Assembly: GCA_000320545.1 (NCBI GenBank) | Contig: ADNK01001696.1 | Coordinates: forward strand, 1-42,447 | Reading direction: 5' to 3' | DNA: 42,447 nucleotides | Origin: Bigelowiella natans CCMP2755 | Lineage: Eukaryota; Protista; Cercozoa | In this document: piece after piece, positions 1 to 11,349 of the stretch | Layout: every line of letters starts with the position of its first letter | How positions within the stretch are numbered: the first letter of the stretch is position 1 | Translations under genes and position numbers: made by a program | The notes under the pieces: generated by a model | Database searches by the model: none | Told to the model about the DNA's origin: nothing | What the model saw: the letters and a program-made list of their open reading frames with translations, nothing else

Positions 1-868
1 ATCCCTGAGCTCTCGAGCCGGGCGCGCTGCTCATGAAACCGTTTCTCGATGATCGCGGTGTCAAGGTCGCTGAGCGTTTTCCTCTCCATGATAGGCCCAA
101 AACCACCTTAATATCACCCAAATAGTTATTGGGAACAATTCTGTTTGCCGCACTGGCCAAGCTCTCTTTCTCATCAATCAAAAACATTTTCGGCGCGCAC
201 GCGTACCTCTTCGCGCTGTGCTCCATCTGCAAGCGCCACCCCCCCCTTTTCCGAGCGATCCATAGCGCGTCTCCTAGAGGGAGAGCACGCACTTCGACCG
301 TGACCCCGAGGCTCTTTAGCTTTTCCGGAATGAAATCATTGCTTCGTCGCCACTGACGAAAGTATAGCGGGAGCGGTGTCGGAGATGTTTGATTAGCAAG
401 GACACAAGCTTACGCAACGAACACATTAGCAGCCAAATCATCGAAAGCGCTGAGAGATTGACATTCCGACGGCTGCTGCGACAGCAAAAATGCAAGTTAC
501 CCTTAGTTCCCTCGTGTCGATAAGAAGGAAAAGCTCCCAGTCTTGGGGCGAGGCTTCAAAGGGCAAAGCGACACCTAGCCTTATGGGACGACCCCCGCCT
601 TTCGCGACGTCCATCATGCTGAGTGCCATTAAGATGTTGTCAAATAAGGTTATCATCATCTCCGAGCCGGCAGCCTTCGTACGCATCATGCGACGGTGTA
701 AAAAGTTGCCAAGGAGAAAGAGCAGCCAGGTATTCGGCGAAGAGAGAGAGAGGAAATCATCGCAACCGCCATGAATAAAGCTTCAGGCTGTTATGCGTGA
801 AGGAACGCACACACTAAACACAAACATATATCCTCTATAGAGAGAGAGAGAAAGAAAGAGAAAGAGAA

Positions 869-911
<43 letters not shown>

Positions 912-2945
912 TAGTAAGAAAAGAAAGAACATGTGGTCAATAAGCAGCGTTCACCTATGTTGCCGTAAAGGAGGCGTTGCTGCAACCGCTCCTATTCCTT
1001 CCTGCCTTCTAGTGCCCACCTCTTCCTTTTCGACAGTGTTCTTCGTTTTCACACTAATACGCTTGTGAATTGCACGATCAAGCTTCCTACTCAGGGAGTT
1101 TTGAACTATGCTTGATATTCTTGGAAAGGTGTTTCTTGCGGAGTGAGAGGATGATGATGAGCTTCTCTCCGCAGGACAAAGGATAGCAGCTGCTCGGTGT
1201 GGAAAATGAAGCCTTCTCCTCTCCTTTAACCGAGCTCCTTCCCCAGCCCCGTAGCTGTCATCATCACTACGATGTAGTGCTCGCTTTCTTCCTGCCGTGC
1301 TCTCACCATGCGAAGAAGAAGAGTGGGAGGGGGGAGGGAGGAGCTCGTGGAATATCGGTTTTGTTTTGTCGTAATTTTTCGGGAGCGACGATAACGACGA
1401 CGATGCAGCCCGCAATGACGCAAATGAGCAGGCAGAAGTACTCTTCGTCCTTGGAGTAGGTGCGACGGGTGAAATGAGCTGTGATTGCGAGGACGCCCAC
1501 GACGATGAAGATGGCGTTCGATAGCAGGGAATACTGTTGGCCACTGTTGCTGCCTTGCTTATTTGGTGATGATAACTAGGATGGTGATGATCGGAATAAG
1601 GTCTTTGCTAGGAAGCCAGTGTTTGACTGTCCCTTGATTTGCCATCTCCATATGCCCTCGATCGCATTTCACTATGTCCTCTCCTGTCGTCAGGAATAAT
1701 TTTCCTTCTATAGGATTTGTTTGTAGGCTTCTCTAAAGCCATTGTCAAGCGAATTTGCAGATTATGCTGATTTATACAGCCCAATATTAGTTAAAATATT
1801 CAGTTCAATAATGATGATGATGATGATGGCGCTTGTGATGATACTGATGATGATTTGATGGTTAAATAAGTGACAGAGCTATCAAATCATCATTACTGCA
1901 CCTTGTTTCCGCTAAGTTTTTCGGAAAGAATTCTGAGGTGTTGCTTTATCTCATCCACTTTCAGTTTGGCAATGGCGGGAGGCACTCGAACGGTGCCCTC
2001 GGAGTCATAACCCCCGAGACCTATCACCTCCCCCCCCTGATCAGATTCACAACTGTCTTGTTTTGAGGATGATTGAACGCATATAGGGGCAGAGCGGGAA
2101 CTACGACTTCTTTGCTGCGCCAGTAACACGTTTAAATGCTCCTCCAGTTCCAAGCAAGCTCTGTAGTCCTTTCTTTGATGAGCTTTCTCCAGCTCGATCC
2201 GAATTTGATTGGTAGGACAAACCCTTCCGTAACTTTGTTGCCTAGAACATTCGACGAGTATTTATAACGCATTGCAGCTCATGAGGAAAATTTGCAACAG
2301 CCCACAAGAAGAGGCACATATAACGCGCTGCCATAAAGGTATGTGTCAGTGAGGGGCTTTACTGTGCTGGATGAGAGAATCTTGCTCCGTTCTTCCGTGA
2401 CACCTTTGGTGTTGTTACATCTTCAAAGGATGTGCTTCTACCGGCTCTACTCTTCAGAATGCTGTCGATTCGGCGTCCGAGGTAGGGGCCCACTGGATGG
2501 GAGAGTACATACAGCTTTTCTTATTATTGAACCATTCCAAAATAATGCTTACACGAAATCCAAAAGGGTTTTGAAACTATTACAATTGAGTCCCAGGCAA
2601 TTGCGATTATTCACAAAAATAAGTAATGAAACTACCGCTCGGTAAGCTCTGCGCCTGGGCACCGCTTCTTATTGGAAACTCATACTTGCGTATCGACTTA
2701 ATCGCTGTGATTAAAACAGTGCGGGGTGAGTTGTAGGAGGAGGGACGTCAAAAATGCATACCTCTTCCATACAAAAATTCTCGTTTACTCCCGATGCTCC
2801 TTTGATGCTCCTCTTCAAACACCTCCACCTTTTTATGAATTCGATCTCTTTTTAGCGATGGGAACGAGGACGAAATGATGCGAGCACACAGCTTCCAACG
2901 GTCACATCTAAAGCGATTGTCATTTTGTGCATACAAATATTTCAT
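1..2945 (-). CDS. MUS81: MUS81-like structure-specific endonuclease (ERCC4 domain) with SAP motif; multi-exon, 3' end lies outside the window
   Basis: Spliced minus-strand translation gives WELFLLIDTRE (~505-545), LKSLGVTVEVRALPLGDALWIARK (~245-320) and IMERKTLSDLDTAIIEKRFHEQRARLESSG (~3-95). These match the MUS81 LLVD-RE / L-GD-W / ERKxxxD..S/AI.D/E.RF.EQ pattern. SAP-like AKLKVDEIKQHLRILSEKLSGNK|HNLQIRL spans ~1745-1970. The putative first exon is 2945-~2762. The N-terminal exon structure is uncertain and there is an in-frame TAG at 1608-1610. Confidence 0.8.
838..911. repeat. (GA)n/(GAAA)n microsatellite in a MUS81 intron
   Basis: Directly visible agagagag/aaagag run. Confidence 0.95.
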
Positions 2946-3295
2946 TCTCCGGGCATTTGCACTTGAGATTCATCGCCGCTAAGCTCTCGTCTAGCGATGA
3001 GTCCGCTCCATTGATCGTCTTTCGCGGGCCGAGCCCGATCTCTTTTTTCTCCGCGAAGCTGTTGCTATTTACATGACTGGGAAACCCAGAGGAAATAGGG
3101 CCTGCGACAACTCCTAAAAGCGACCAATCCTAGAAATCTTAAATCATAAAAAAAGGCTATTCGAGGATTTAGGAGATTCTGAGCCGAAAGGACTCGGAGG
3201 ACAATTGCATTTTATCTTGGAACCGAGGTTTTCCCCTTAATTTAACCCAAAATTCGCCTGTATTTCGAGGATCGACAGATTCGGGCTCAAACGCA

Positions 3296-4916
3296 ATGGA
3301 CGCCGAGACTCGTTCGTTGAAGCTCGGGGTGCTAGGGGCGGGAGCCATAGGCTGCTATGTCGGCGCCCTTTTACACAGCAGGGATGGAAATGGGATTGGC
3401 ACGGGACCTCAAAGTCCTGCGATCAAGGTCGTTCTTGTTGGGCGTGAATCCCTACTCAAGGCAGCGAGGAAGACGAGGTTCATACAGATCACAAATGCGT
3501 CTGGAACTGACCTGAAAGTCCCGATCACCACTGACATCCCGAAAACAAGTGGAAGTGACGAGGCAGTCTATATAACGAAGAATATCAAAGCTCTCTGTAG
3601 CTGCGACATAATACTTGTATGTGTGAAATCTACGCAGACTGCCGAAGCCGGTCAGCAACTGGCTGAGGCCCTTAAAAGCAAATCTTCCACACGCAAGAAG
3701 AAAAGGATTATATTTTCATTCCAAAATGGAGTACGAAATGCGAGAGTACTCCAAGACATTTTGGGCGATGAGGTTGTGCTCCCATGTGTTGTCAACTTCA
3801 ACACAGTCTGGCTAGAGAATTCCCATTTTCACTGTGCAGTGGGTGTCGCATCGTTGTACCTTAAATCTCTATCCACACTCCCGGAGAGCAAGACTGGGAG
3901 ACAAGATGGTTTAAATCTACTGGTTGATGCTCTGAGCACGCGGTTAAACACTGTGGGATTTAACGCCAAAGTGGTTGACGACATCACCCCAATAATATAC
4001 GGAAAGCTCTTACTGGTATGAAGTTTGTTAGATATCATAACTGAAGCTATGTGTTTCCCCATCTATGAAGTCATAGAATCATCTTCATATATCTACTAGG
4101 AAATTAGTTGTTGCGGCTCCCAACATGAATTTTAGGTTGGTGAGTTCAGTTCTCACTCTCCCTTAATTCAGAATCTCAATAACGCGTTAAATGCGCTGTC
4201 TGGAGTCCCATTAAGGACAATGCTCTCTCAAAAGGCATTTCGGTTGTGTTCATACCACACTATCAAAGAAGCTCGCAATGTCCTTCGACGCGCCAAAATC
4301 CAGGAAAAATCGCTCAAGTTGCCTATTTGGGTGGTTCTCTTGTTCCTACGGATGCCTCAATGGGCATTTCCCGTCTTCATGAACACCGTCTATAAAATAG
4401 ATCCTAAGGTACTCACTTTTTTAATAGTGTGTTTGAGATGCAGATTCCCTCACTTTTAACTATCCAGGCCAAACTATCGATGCTTCAAGACTTGGAAAGG
4501 AAACGGAAAACAGAAATCCAGCACCTATGTGGAGAAATAGTTAAAATTGGAAAGGAGATAAAGGTTTCAGTTAATTTACCTACATTCCAAAACCAGTTTT
4601 AGAATATATTTGCATATGAACTTATGAATCTTCCACAAATCAGTAGCAATATCAAATATACTATGAGAGATTAAATTTTACTCAGTTTTTCTCTTCAATC
4701 TAGGTGCCGACGCCAATAAACGCGAAACTTGTAGAACTCGTGAGCAAAGCTGAGGATGCCAAAGCTGGTAGTCCATGTATAGCAGGGGAGAAACTTGCAA
4801 GGCTATTAGGTTTAGATGTCGGCAACAATGGAAAAGAATCGACCTTTACTCGTAACGTGGTAGTTTTGTGTGCTACTTCCATGCTGCTTCTGGTGCTCAA
4901 GAATATCTATTTTTGA
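3296..4916 (+). CDS. panE: 2-dehydropantoate 2-reductase (ketopantoate reductase, PanE/ApbA family) with hydrophobic C-terminal tail
   Basis: Exons 3296-4015, 4172-4408, 4468-4563 and 4704-4916, all GT-AG. Motifs: GAGAIG Rossmann, VCVKS, FQNG, YGKLLL|NLNNALNALSG, SMLQDL..KRKTEI..LCGEIV, VPTPIN. Confidence 0.92.
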
Positions 4917-4949
4917 TTTCTGAAGAGCAAACCACCTCGCCACCTCATC

Positions 4950-5850
4950 AATGAATTGAATAATTAATGTGTGTTCTGCATGATTCGCACATGTTCGAGT
5001 CTACGTAGCAAGTGTGTGAATGTATCGCGCAACTTGACAATGGCAACCATGTTGCATGGACAACACACGTATACGTGCGTGTGTGAGACGTTAACATAGA
5101 CACAGTGCAGGCTGTATTGTGCGCACACTGCACAGCGTTGCATGATAATAGACAATGTAGTGTTACACATATGACATGCACATCATGTAGCTATGTTCAC
5201 AATCATGATCGTGGCTGATCGCTCGGTCGTCGAGTACATGAATGTGTGCAATTGCAAGAGACCGTTGTGCAATTGAAACAATGAATGCACAATGCATGGC
5301 ACCGATCACGCCCAGGGGTCTAGCGTGATGCATGTGTTGCGGCCATGAGCTGTGCTAGAATGTCTAGATGGCGTGTGGGCGTGGACCGCAACATGAACTT
5401 TTTGCGGTGTGGTTGTTTCACTTTCACACTTTGCACGTCCATGAGTGGCCGAAACAGGTCACAGAGTCAAAACGACGATTTGCAACACTTTGCGGGCCGT
5501 CTAGCCGTTGTGACTGGTTTCGGCCGACGAGTGTCACACATCATGACGCTCGACGACGCCGATGGCCGAGCCTAGGAGTCAACACACACCAAGCAATTCC
5601 CGAGCTACACGGCGTGGCGGTGGATCGCGTCTGAACCACATGCACAACTGTCGCACGCTGTGGCGTTGATGCTGTCGAGAAACAAAGTCGGCCTGACGCT
5701 TGGTTCGTCATCTGGTTCACGTTCGTTTCAACGTTTCAACCAAACAGCCAGCGCACGTGCACTTGCATCGCCACGCTAGCAAGATGAACTTACATCTGTC
5801 ACCATGTCAATGAAGAAACATGTGCTTTTACACAACTTCTTGGTTCAATC
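4950..5850. other. TpA-depleted, CA/TG-rich intergenic island
   Basis: Hand count for 5221-5820: 9 TA dinucleotides in 600 nt, 6 of them in CTAG. CpG is abundant. Confidence 0.8.
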
Positions 5851-6282
5851 CAATGATGCTTTGGTGAATTGTGCGAAACAATTTGTGCAAGCAGAAGACG
5901 TAATTCTGGGAGAAACGCCTAGAAGTTTATCCATTATTTCTTTGCCAGAATCCCTTTTTTGTTCATTCAATGTCTTGAAGTGTCGGTGCAATTTGAAGGT
6001 GAATAGCCTTGTCGTCAATTAGAAAGGACTTCCATTTGGATCACAGATTTCTCCTGATCTTGCAGATCGGAATGGCTGGCGCTTGCCTTTTCTACCAAGA
6101 TTTTTAGCACTCCTATTCGTCTCTCAACCGGACAAGTGGAGGGGTATTTTAATTTTAAGTTTTGCAGTAATGAATTTCACTGTGTCTCCTTGAGTTTTAC
6201 AACCAAAGGTGCAAAATTATGCCATCTCTCTTGGTTTTATGTTGAAAACTTATATCGCTTGAATCAAATGACATTTAGCAGG

Positions 6283-6886
6283 TGTGGGACATGAAACGGC
6301 CTGATAGCAAGGCCAGATCTTCGTCATCCCACAGAAAATCTCTTGAATCTACAGATTTAGTCTCTTTGAGGAAACCAAGAACAAATTTTTTCAAGGACCT
6401 TTTCGGGAAAAGAGGACCAGATCCACACCTGGTAAATGAGTGGCTACCTCCGTTTGTTGAAGTAATCGAATTGCAGATCAGCTCAGGTACGTCAAATTCA
6501 GATATTCATTAATTCGATGTTGGTGCAATGCATTCACTTTCAGAAGAATTAATCTTCTATCCTCTTCAGTTTGTGGAGCTATGGAAGGATACCAAGAAAT
6601 AATAGAAGAAATGAATAAATTTCGGATGGGTACGTTTGATGAGCTGGGATTCTTTCACAGCCAGCTCGATGATATTCCAGATTCTGAGGCTAAGAAAACG
6701 AAGGAAGGCCAAATAAGAGCTATAGAAAAAGACAAAGGTGGGTTTAATTCCTGATTGAATTAAACGCACACTTCCTCCATCGCTGACACAGATGTTGCTA
6801 CGATTTGATTCGCAGAGTTTGCACGGGAGGTCATTAGATCGATAGAAATGCTACTAAGTTATGACAAGAAAAAAAGGAAAAAGTAG
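6283..6886 (+). CDS. Uncharacterised multi-exon gene (5' end unresolved, may extend to ~5804)
   Basis: GT-AG exons join in frame: 6283-6431 (VWDMKRPDSK...GKRGPDPHL), a 10-nt exon 6477-6486, then ~6570-6629 (CGAMEGYQEIIEEMNKFRM), ~6681-6737 (DSEAKKTKEGQIRAIEKDK) and ~6816-6886 (EFAREVIRSIEMLLSYDKKKRKK*). No family recognised. Confidence 0.5.
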
Positions 6887-7608
6887 CTCGAGGAGCGTCA
6901 GACTCTAACACACAATGTTGATGATACAGCGTATGGTACATGCAGGCGGTACATCGTATCGTAGATGTAGTGTACATTCCATTCAATTCATGCAGACGCA
7001 TGATATGAGAATCAGACGTCCATCTATCATTAAGAATGCAGTTATTATGATTTACGATCGGTATGTGTGATAGAATTGCATTACATTATTCCAAATATAA
7101 TTTGCACTCGATCAGCACATACATGCATATCTAGATATCATGCACTACTGCACTACGCACCACTAGCTAGACCAGGCATGCACGCCGCTGTACGTGGCAT
7201 ACGCAGCCTGCAAGTAAACGATCACATACAGAAAATGCATAAACCAACAGGATCCGACGTGCCAGGCATTCTAGCATAGCATATAACACATGGTCTACTT
7301 CTGCCATGTTGCACACGCACGCACGTTATCATCAATCTGGCAGTACCAGAGTGTGCGAGCGTATAGCATTGAAATAAGCGCTCGTCACATGCAGTACATA
7401 CGCACAAGCCATCTACATATTACTACACACACTCCTGCTGTCAATACTATCGCATGTCATAAGCAGTCGACAGCACATCATGGGTACAAATGATGCTTAT
7501 ACTGCAAATTTCTTCAAAGTTAGCTGCTATGCTATCTTAACTTCTGATGATGCATTGAGAATATCGGCAAGCTATGTATTCTTCCTATGACAATTCCGAA
7601 GGAAACAT

Positions 7609-8559
7609 TTACTTTTTCTTGCTCTTGGCCTTCTGTGCGCGCTGGACATCCTTCACAATCTTCTTTTCTTCGATAAGGAAAGCACGAACGATCCTGTGGA
7701 AATACAATGGAATGATTTTATGAGCGGTGGTCTTTTGCCAGATGCGCATGTCATACTCTCATATAAATCACATTTCGTATTTGAAGGGGAGAAAAACTTC
7801 GCATCATCGATATGACATTCTTCCTTACCGTGTGCGAACGCAGGAATGGCACCTGGAGCCACCGTATGCACGAGCCACCTTGCGTTGACGCTTGACTAGC
7901 GTACGCATAACCTTAGGAGCAACTGCTGGAATCTGCGATAGATGAGTACAATAAGAGTTTCTTCTTTGATGATTTACTCGAATTTCAAAAGTGTAATTTT
8001 ATCTCACATCATCCTGGCTGTTATCACCCTTTACTTTCCGTTTCCTCATAATGACGTTCTCATTTCCAGACCCTATTTCCGCCTCCCTTCTCCCTACATT
8101 TCTACTTTCTCTCGTCCTCTAAATCCCGCTGATTTAATTCGACAAGTTTATAGTAATACTCCCCGCATTTGTTCGTTCTAATTCTATGTTCTCTGAAATT
8201 CGCACCCCGAAAAGTGGAGCTTTGCAGTCCCCGCATCGTGGAGCTTTACGCTTCTTCTCAGTGTACTGGAAGGTTAATTTTCCACCAGGAGTTTTGATAC
8301 TAATTAAGGATAAAATGATATAAGTATAACAGCTTTTATGAAACGAATTCTGTGAGGGAGGGCTGGATAATTAGTCATTAGCCAACTTACATTTTCACTT
8401 TGTTGGACTTGGTGTTGTAGCAGTGTCTACGTTTGTATGTGAGACGCTGATGAAAACACATATGTAATGAGTTCCCGTTCCAGTTATCGAGATTATGAAT
8501 GTGCTCTCAAACAATTGATCTCTCCTCTTCTCATCACTTCCACTTCCTACCTGGACCAT
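7609..8559 (-). CDS. RPL34: 60S ribosomal protein L34 (eL34)
   Basis: Exons 8559-8551, 8446-8391, 8299-8206, 7932-7829 and 7693-7609 translate to MVQRLTYKRRHCYNTKSNKVKIIKTPGGKLTFQYTEKKRKAPRCGDCKAPLFGIPAVAPKVMRTLVKRQRKVARAYGGSRCHSCVRTRIVRAFLIEEKKIVKDVQRAQKAKSKKK*. Confidence 0.98.
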
Positions 8560-9051
8560 GGTGTACTAGAGGATGGGACAACTACTCCGCCACACTTGTG
8601 AATCGGAGAATTTCGTCCAAATCAATAACCGCCGAGTATCCGTTATTCACGGATATTAATGAACGTCTTTGACAGATTTTCGAATAAATGATCTCTAGAG
8701 TATCTCCTACGTAATATGTGTATATGCCGTAGTAAACACTTCTACGACAATCTCAATTACTTGTCGCATCAGGGCATGCCTCAGAATCCTGAAGTTCTCA
8801 GCTAAGTCGAGTATAACCAAAGGTAGAGAAAGCGTCAGAGTTTTTGGTAAGACAACTATTTAATTCAATAAAAGGACATCAATTCAGGATATTTATAATC
8901 AAACTCTTATCCTTCTAGACAACTTAAAGATTAATCGATAGTAGGAAGTTGGTAGTCTGCCGACCCAAGGAGGAAGCGAACGGAAACTGATAATGTATCC
9001 AGCAGAGAGGGGGAAGGTTCGGAATTGACGTTACGGATCAATAAAATTGAG

Positions 9052-10747
9052 ATGGATAATAGCATCAGCGAAACCAAGGAAAGGCCGCATGGTATCTAAA
9101 CGGATTTGCCTTGAATTGACAATAAATGGTCAGTGGACTGAAATATTTCATTATTTCTCTAGAGAACCCGGTGGCCAGACAAAGGCTGAAAGCATGGCAG
9201 CCGATTGTGACCCCTCAAAAATTCGTCATTGTTATGGTACAATGTATTATACACTCAGCGTGACAGAATTGTTACATTTGACGCGACTTAAACTAGGCTC
9301 TGCTGGGGGCCCTCCTACTAAGCATAGGAGCAGTTATAACAAGTAGTAATGCCTCGGTAAACCTTCCCCCTCCTACCAAATCCCTCCCTCTCTTTTTATT
9401 TCTTTCTCCATCTCTCTCCCCCATATAACATACACGTGTAAATTAATATTATTTCATGCAAATGTTCACGATGCGTTTCATTGGTAGATCCAAGAGGTTT
9501 CGGAACGCTACGACAACAGAAATGACGTTGTGACCCTCCAAATCACGGAGGAAATGGACAGCCCAATGCGATTCTCTTACAGTCTGACAAACTACTACCA
9601 GAACTTCCGATTGTAAGTGTAACATGGTTCTCGGGACGATGCAACGAGCTGAAATTCCCTCCATCACTTCGCAGATACGTAAAATCGAGAAGTGACTGGC
9701 AGCTAGCAGATGTCGATGGTCCTACTGACATCTGCACACCTCTCGAGGTACTTAAATACATTAAAAAAAGAGAGCCTATGCTTCCCTGATGCTGGTAAAT
9801 GTCAAAATTAGAGCTTCAACGGGACGGACCTATATCCCTGTGGTCTCGTGGCAAACTCTTTCTTCAATGGTAGTAGTTGGTATATTCGATTCATTTGCGT
9901 TGCCACTTTTCGCTCTGACGTAGTACACTATGAGCATCAAGTACTGTGATATATGCCTAAAGGATTTATACTCAAATGTTATCTTTCAGACACATTTGAA
10001 GCGTCCTATTGTCCATCGTGCAACACGAGCGAGTGTACCGCACTAGAGGGAGACGAATGGCAACGGACAGGGATCTCTTGGCATTCAGATCGGCAGACTA
10101 AATTCAACGCCCGCGCGTTAGAAGCTAGCGAGACAAATGTTGGCCCGGCAGGGTTTCCGATTCCATTTCCCGCCCCCCCCTCCGAGGGGGACAACGAGGA
10201 CTTCGTCGTTTGGATGCGAGCTGCCGGACTACCAACATTTAGGTCAGTGGTCGGCCGAGTATCTCTCGCATGCACGCACACGCAAATGCTGTGCAACTAT
10301 CGGGAACGATATTCCGAAGATAGCTTGTCCTAATGGCTGATTTGCATGTTACCATAATAACCATCATCGTTGTCGGAGTCATCGTCGCCGTCATCAATCA
10401 CGGATACCACCATCAACATCATAGCGATTATTATGGTACTCCTATTGCTTCAGGAAGCTATATAGCAAGGTCGACAGGAGCTTTTCAAAGGGTGATTGCA
10501 TTCGAGTCAACATCTCAAACAGTACGGACCCAAGCCCAATAAATAATGATATCGCTGCTCCTAGCAATCTTATCGTCTAATGCTTTTCCTTCTTCTTCTT
10601 CCCCTTCCCCTCCTTCGTTTCCAGACTATCCCGTTGACCCTTTCGGGGGAACAAAGACCATCATATTGGAAGAAGTTAATTGGATGAACGGTCGAAACAA
10701 CTTCCTCGGAGCATTGTGCGTGCAACACACACACACACACACACACG

Positions 10748-10798
<51 letters not shown>

Positions 10799-10953
10799 GT
10801 GTGTGTGTGTGTGTGTGTTTGTGTGTATACGCCAGTAGGATTAGTTTCAGTACTAGTCGAACAAAATCAAAATCTCTATCGATTAGATTTCATTCCGTGT
10901 GATAGTCGTGTCGTACAATTACACGGTTTTTAATTGGATTTCTTATCGTGTGT

Positions 10954-10995
<42 letters not shown>

Positions 10996-11268
10996 CCACT
11001 AGATATATCGTCTTTGGATGTTTCGCCATCTTCGCATCCATCGGATTCGGCATTCTGCAGCACCAGAACCCCCGGTAAATAACCACATAATAAAGATGGT
11101 AACGTAACGATGGTGACTCTTTTGAAAATCACGCATTCTACAGATTAGCACACATGTTTGACAATCAGAGAAGCTATCCTTCGTGCTGACAACCAACCAA
11201 TTAATAAATATTGCAGGAAATTAGCTGATCCTGATCTCATCCCTACCAACGCACGAGTCGCAGCCTAG
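9052..11268 (+). CDS. CDC50: CDC50/LEM3 family P4-ATPase (lipid flippase) beta subunit
   Basis: About 11 GT-AG exons give RQRLKAWQPIVTP, TM1, [89 protein letters not shown] (TM2) and PRKLADP. Stop TAG at 11266-11268. Confidence 0.96.
10725..10817. repeat. Compound (CA)n-(TA)n-(TG)n microsatellite, self-complementary, in a CDC50 intron
   Basis: Directly visible. Confidence 0.95.
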
Positions 11269-11349
11269 CAGAAATCTAGAAATGTTAATAATTTACCTTC
11301 TTGCCGAGTAAACTTTAGAATAATACAGGAACATCACTAGAGTACAAAC

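Noticed and set aside
1608-1610. TAG reassignment (alternative genetic code)
   Set aside because: TAG ends CDC50 and the WW scaffold at the expected positions, and no other conserved gene here has internal TAG.
8447-8550. Box C/D snoRNA in RPL34 intron 1 (GTGATGA present)
   Set aside because: No downstream CTGA D box or terminal stem. The other RPL34 introns also lack a convincing pair.
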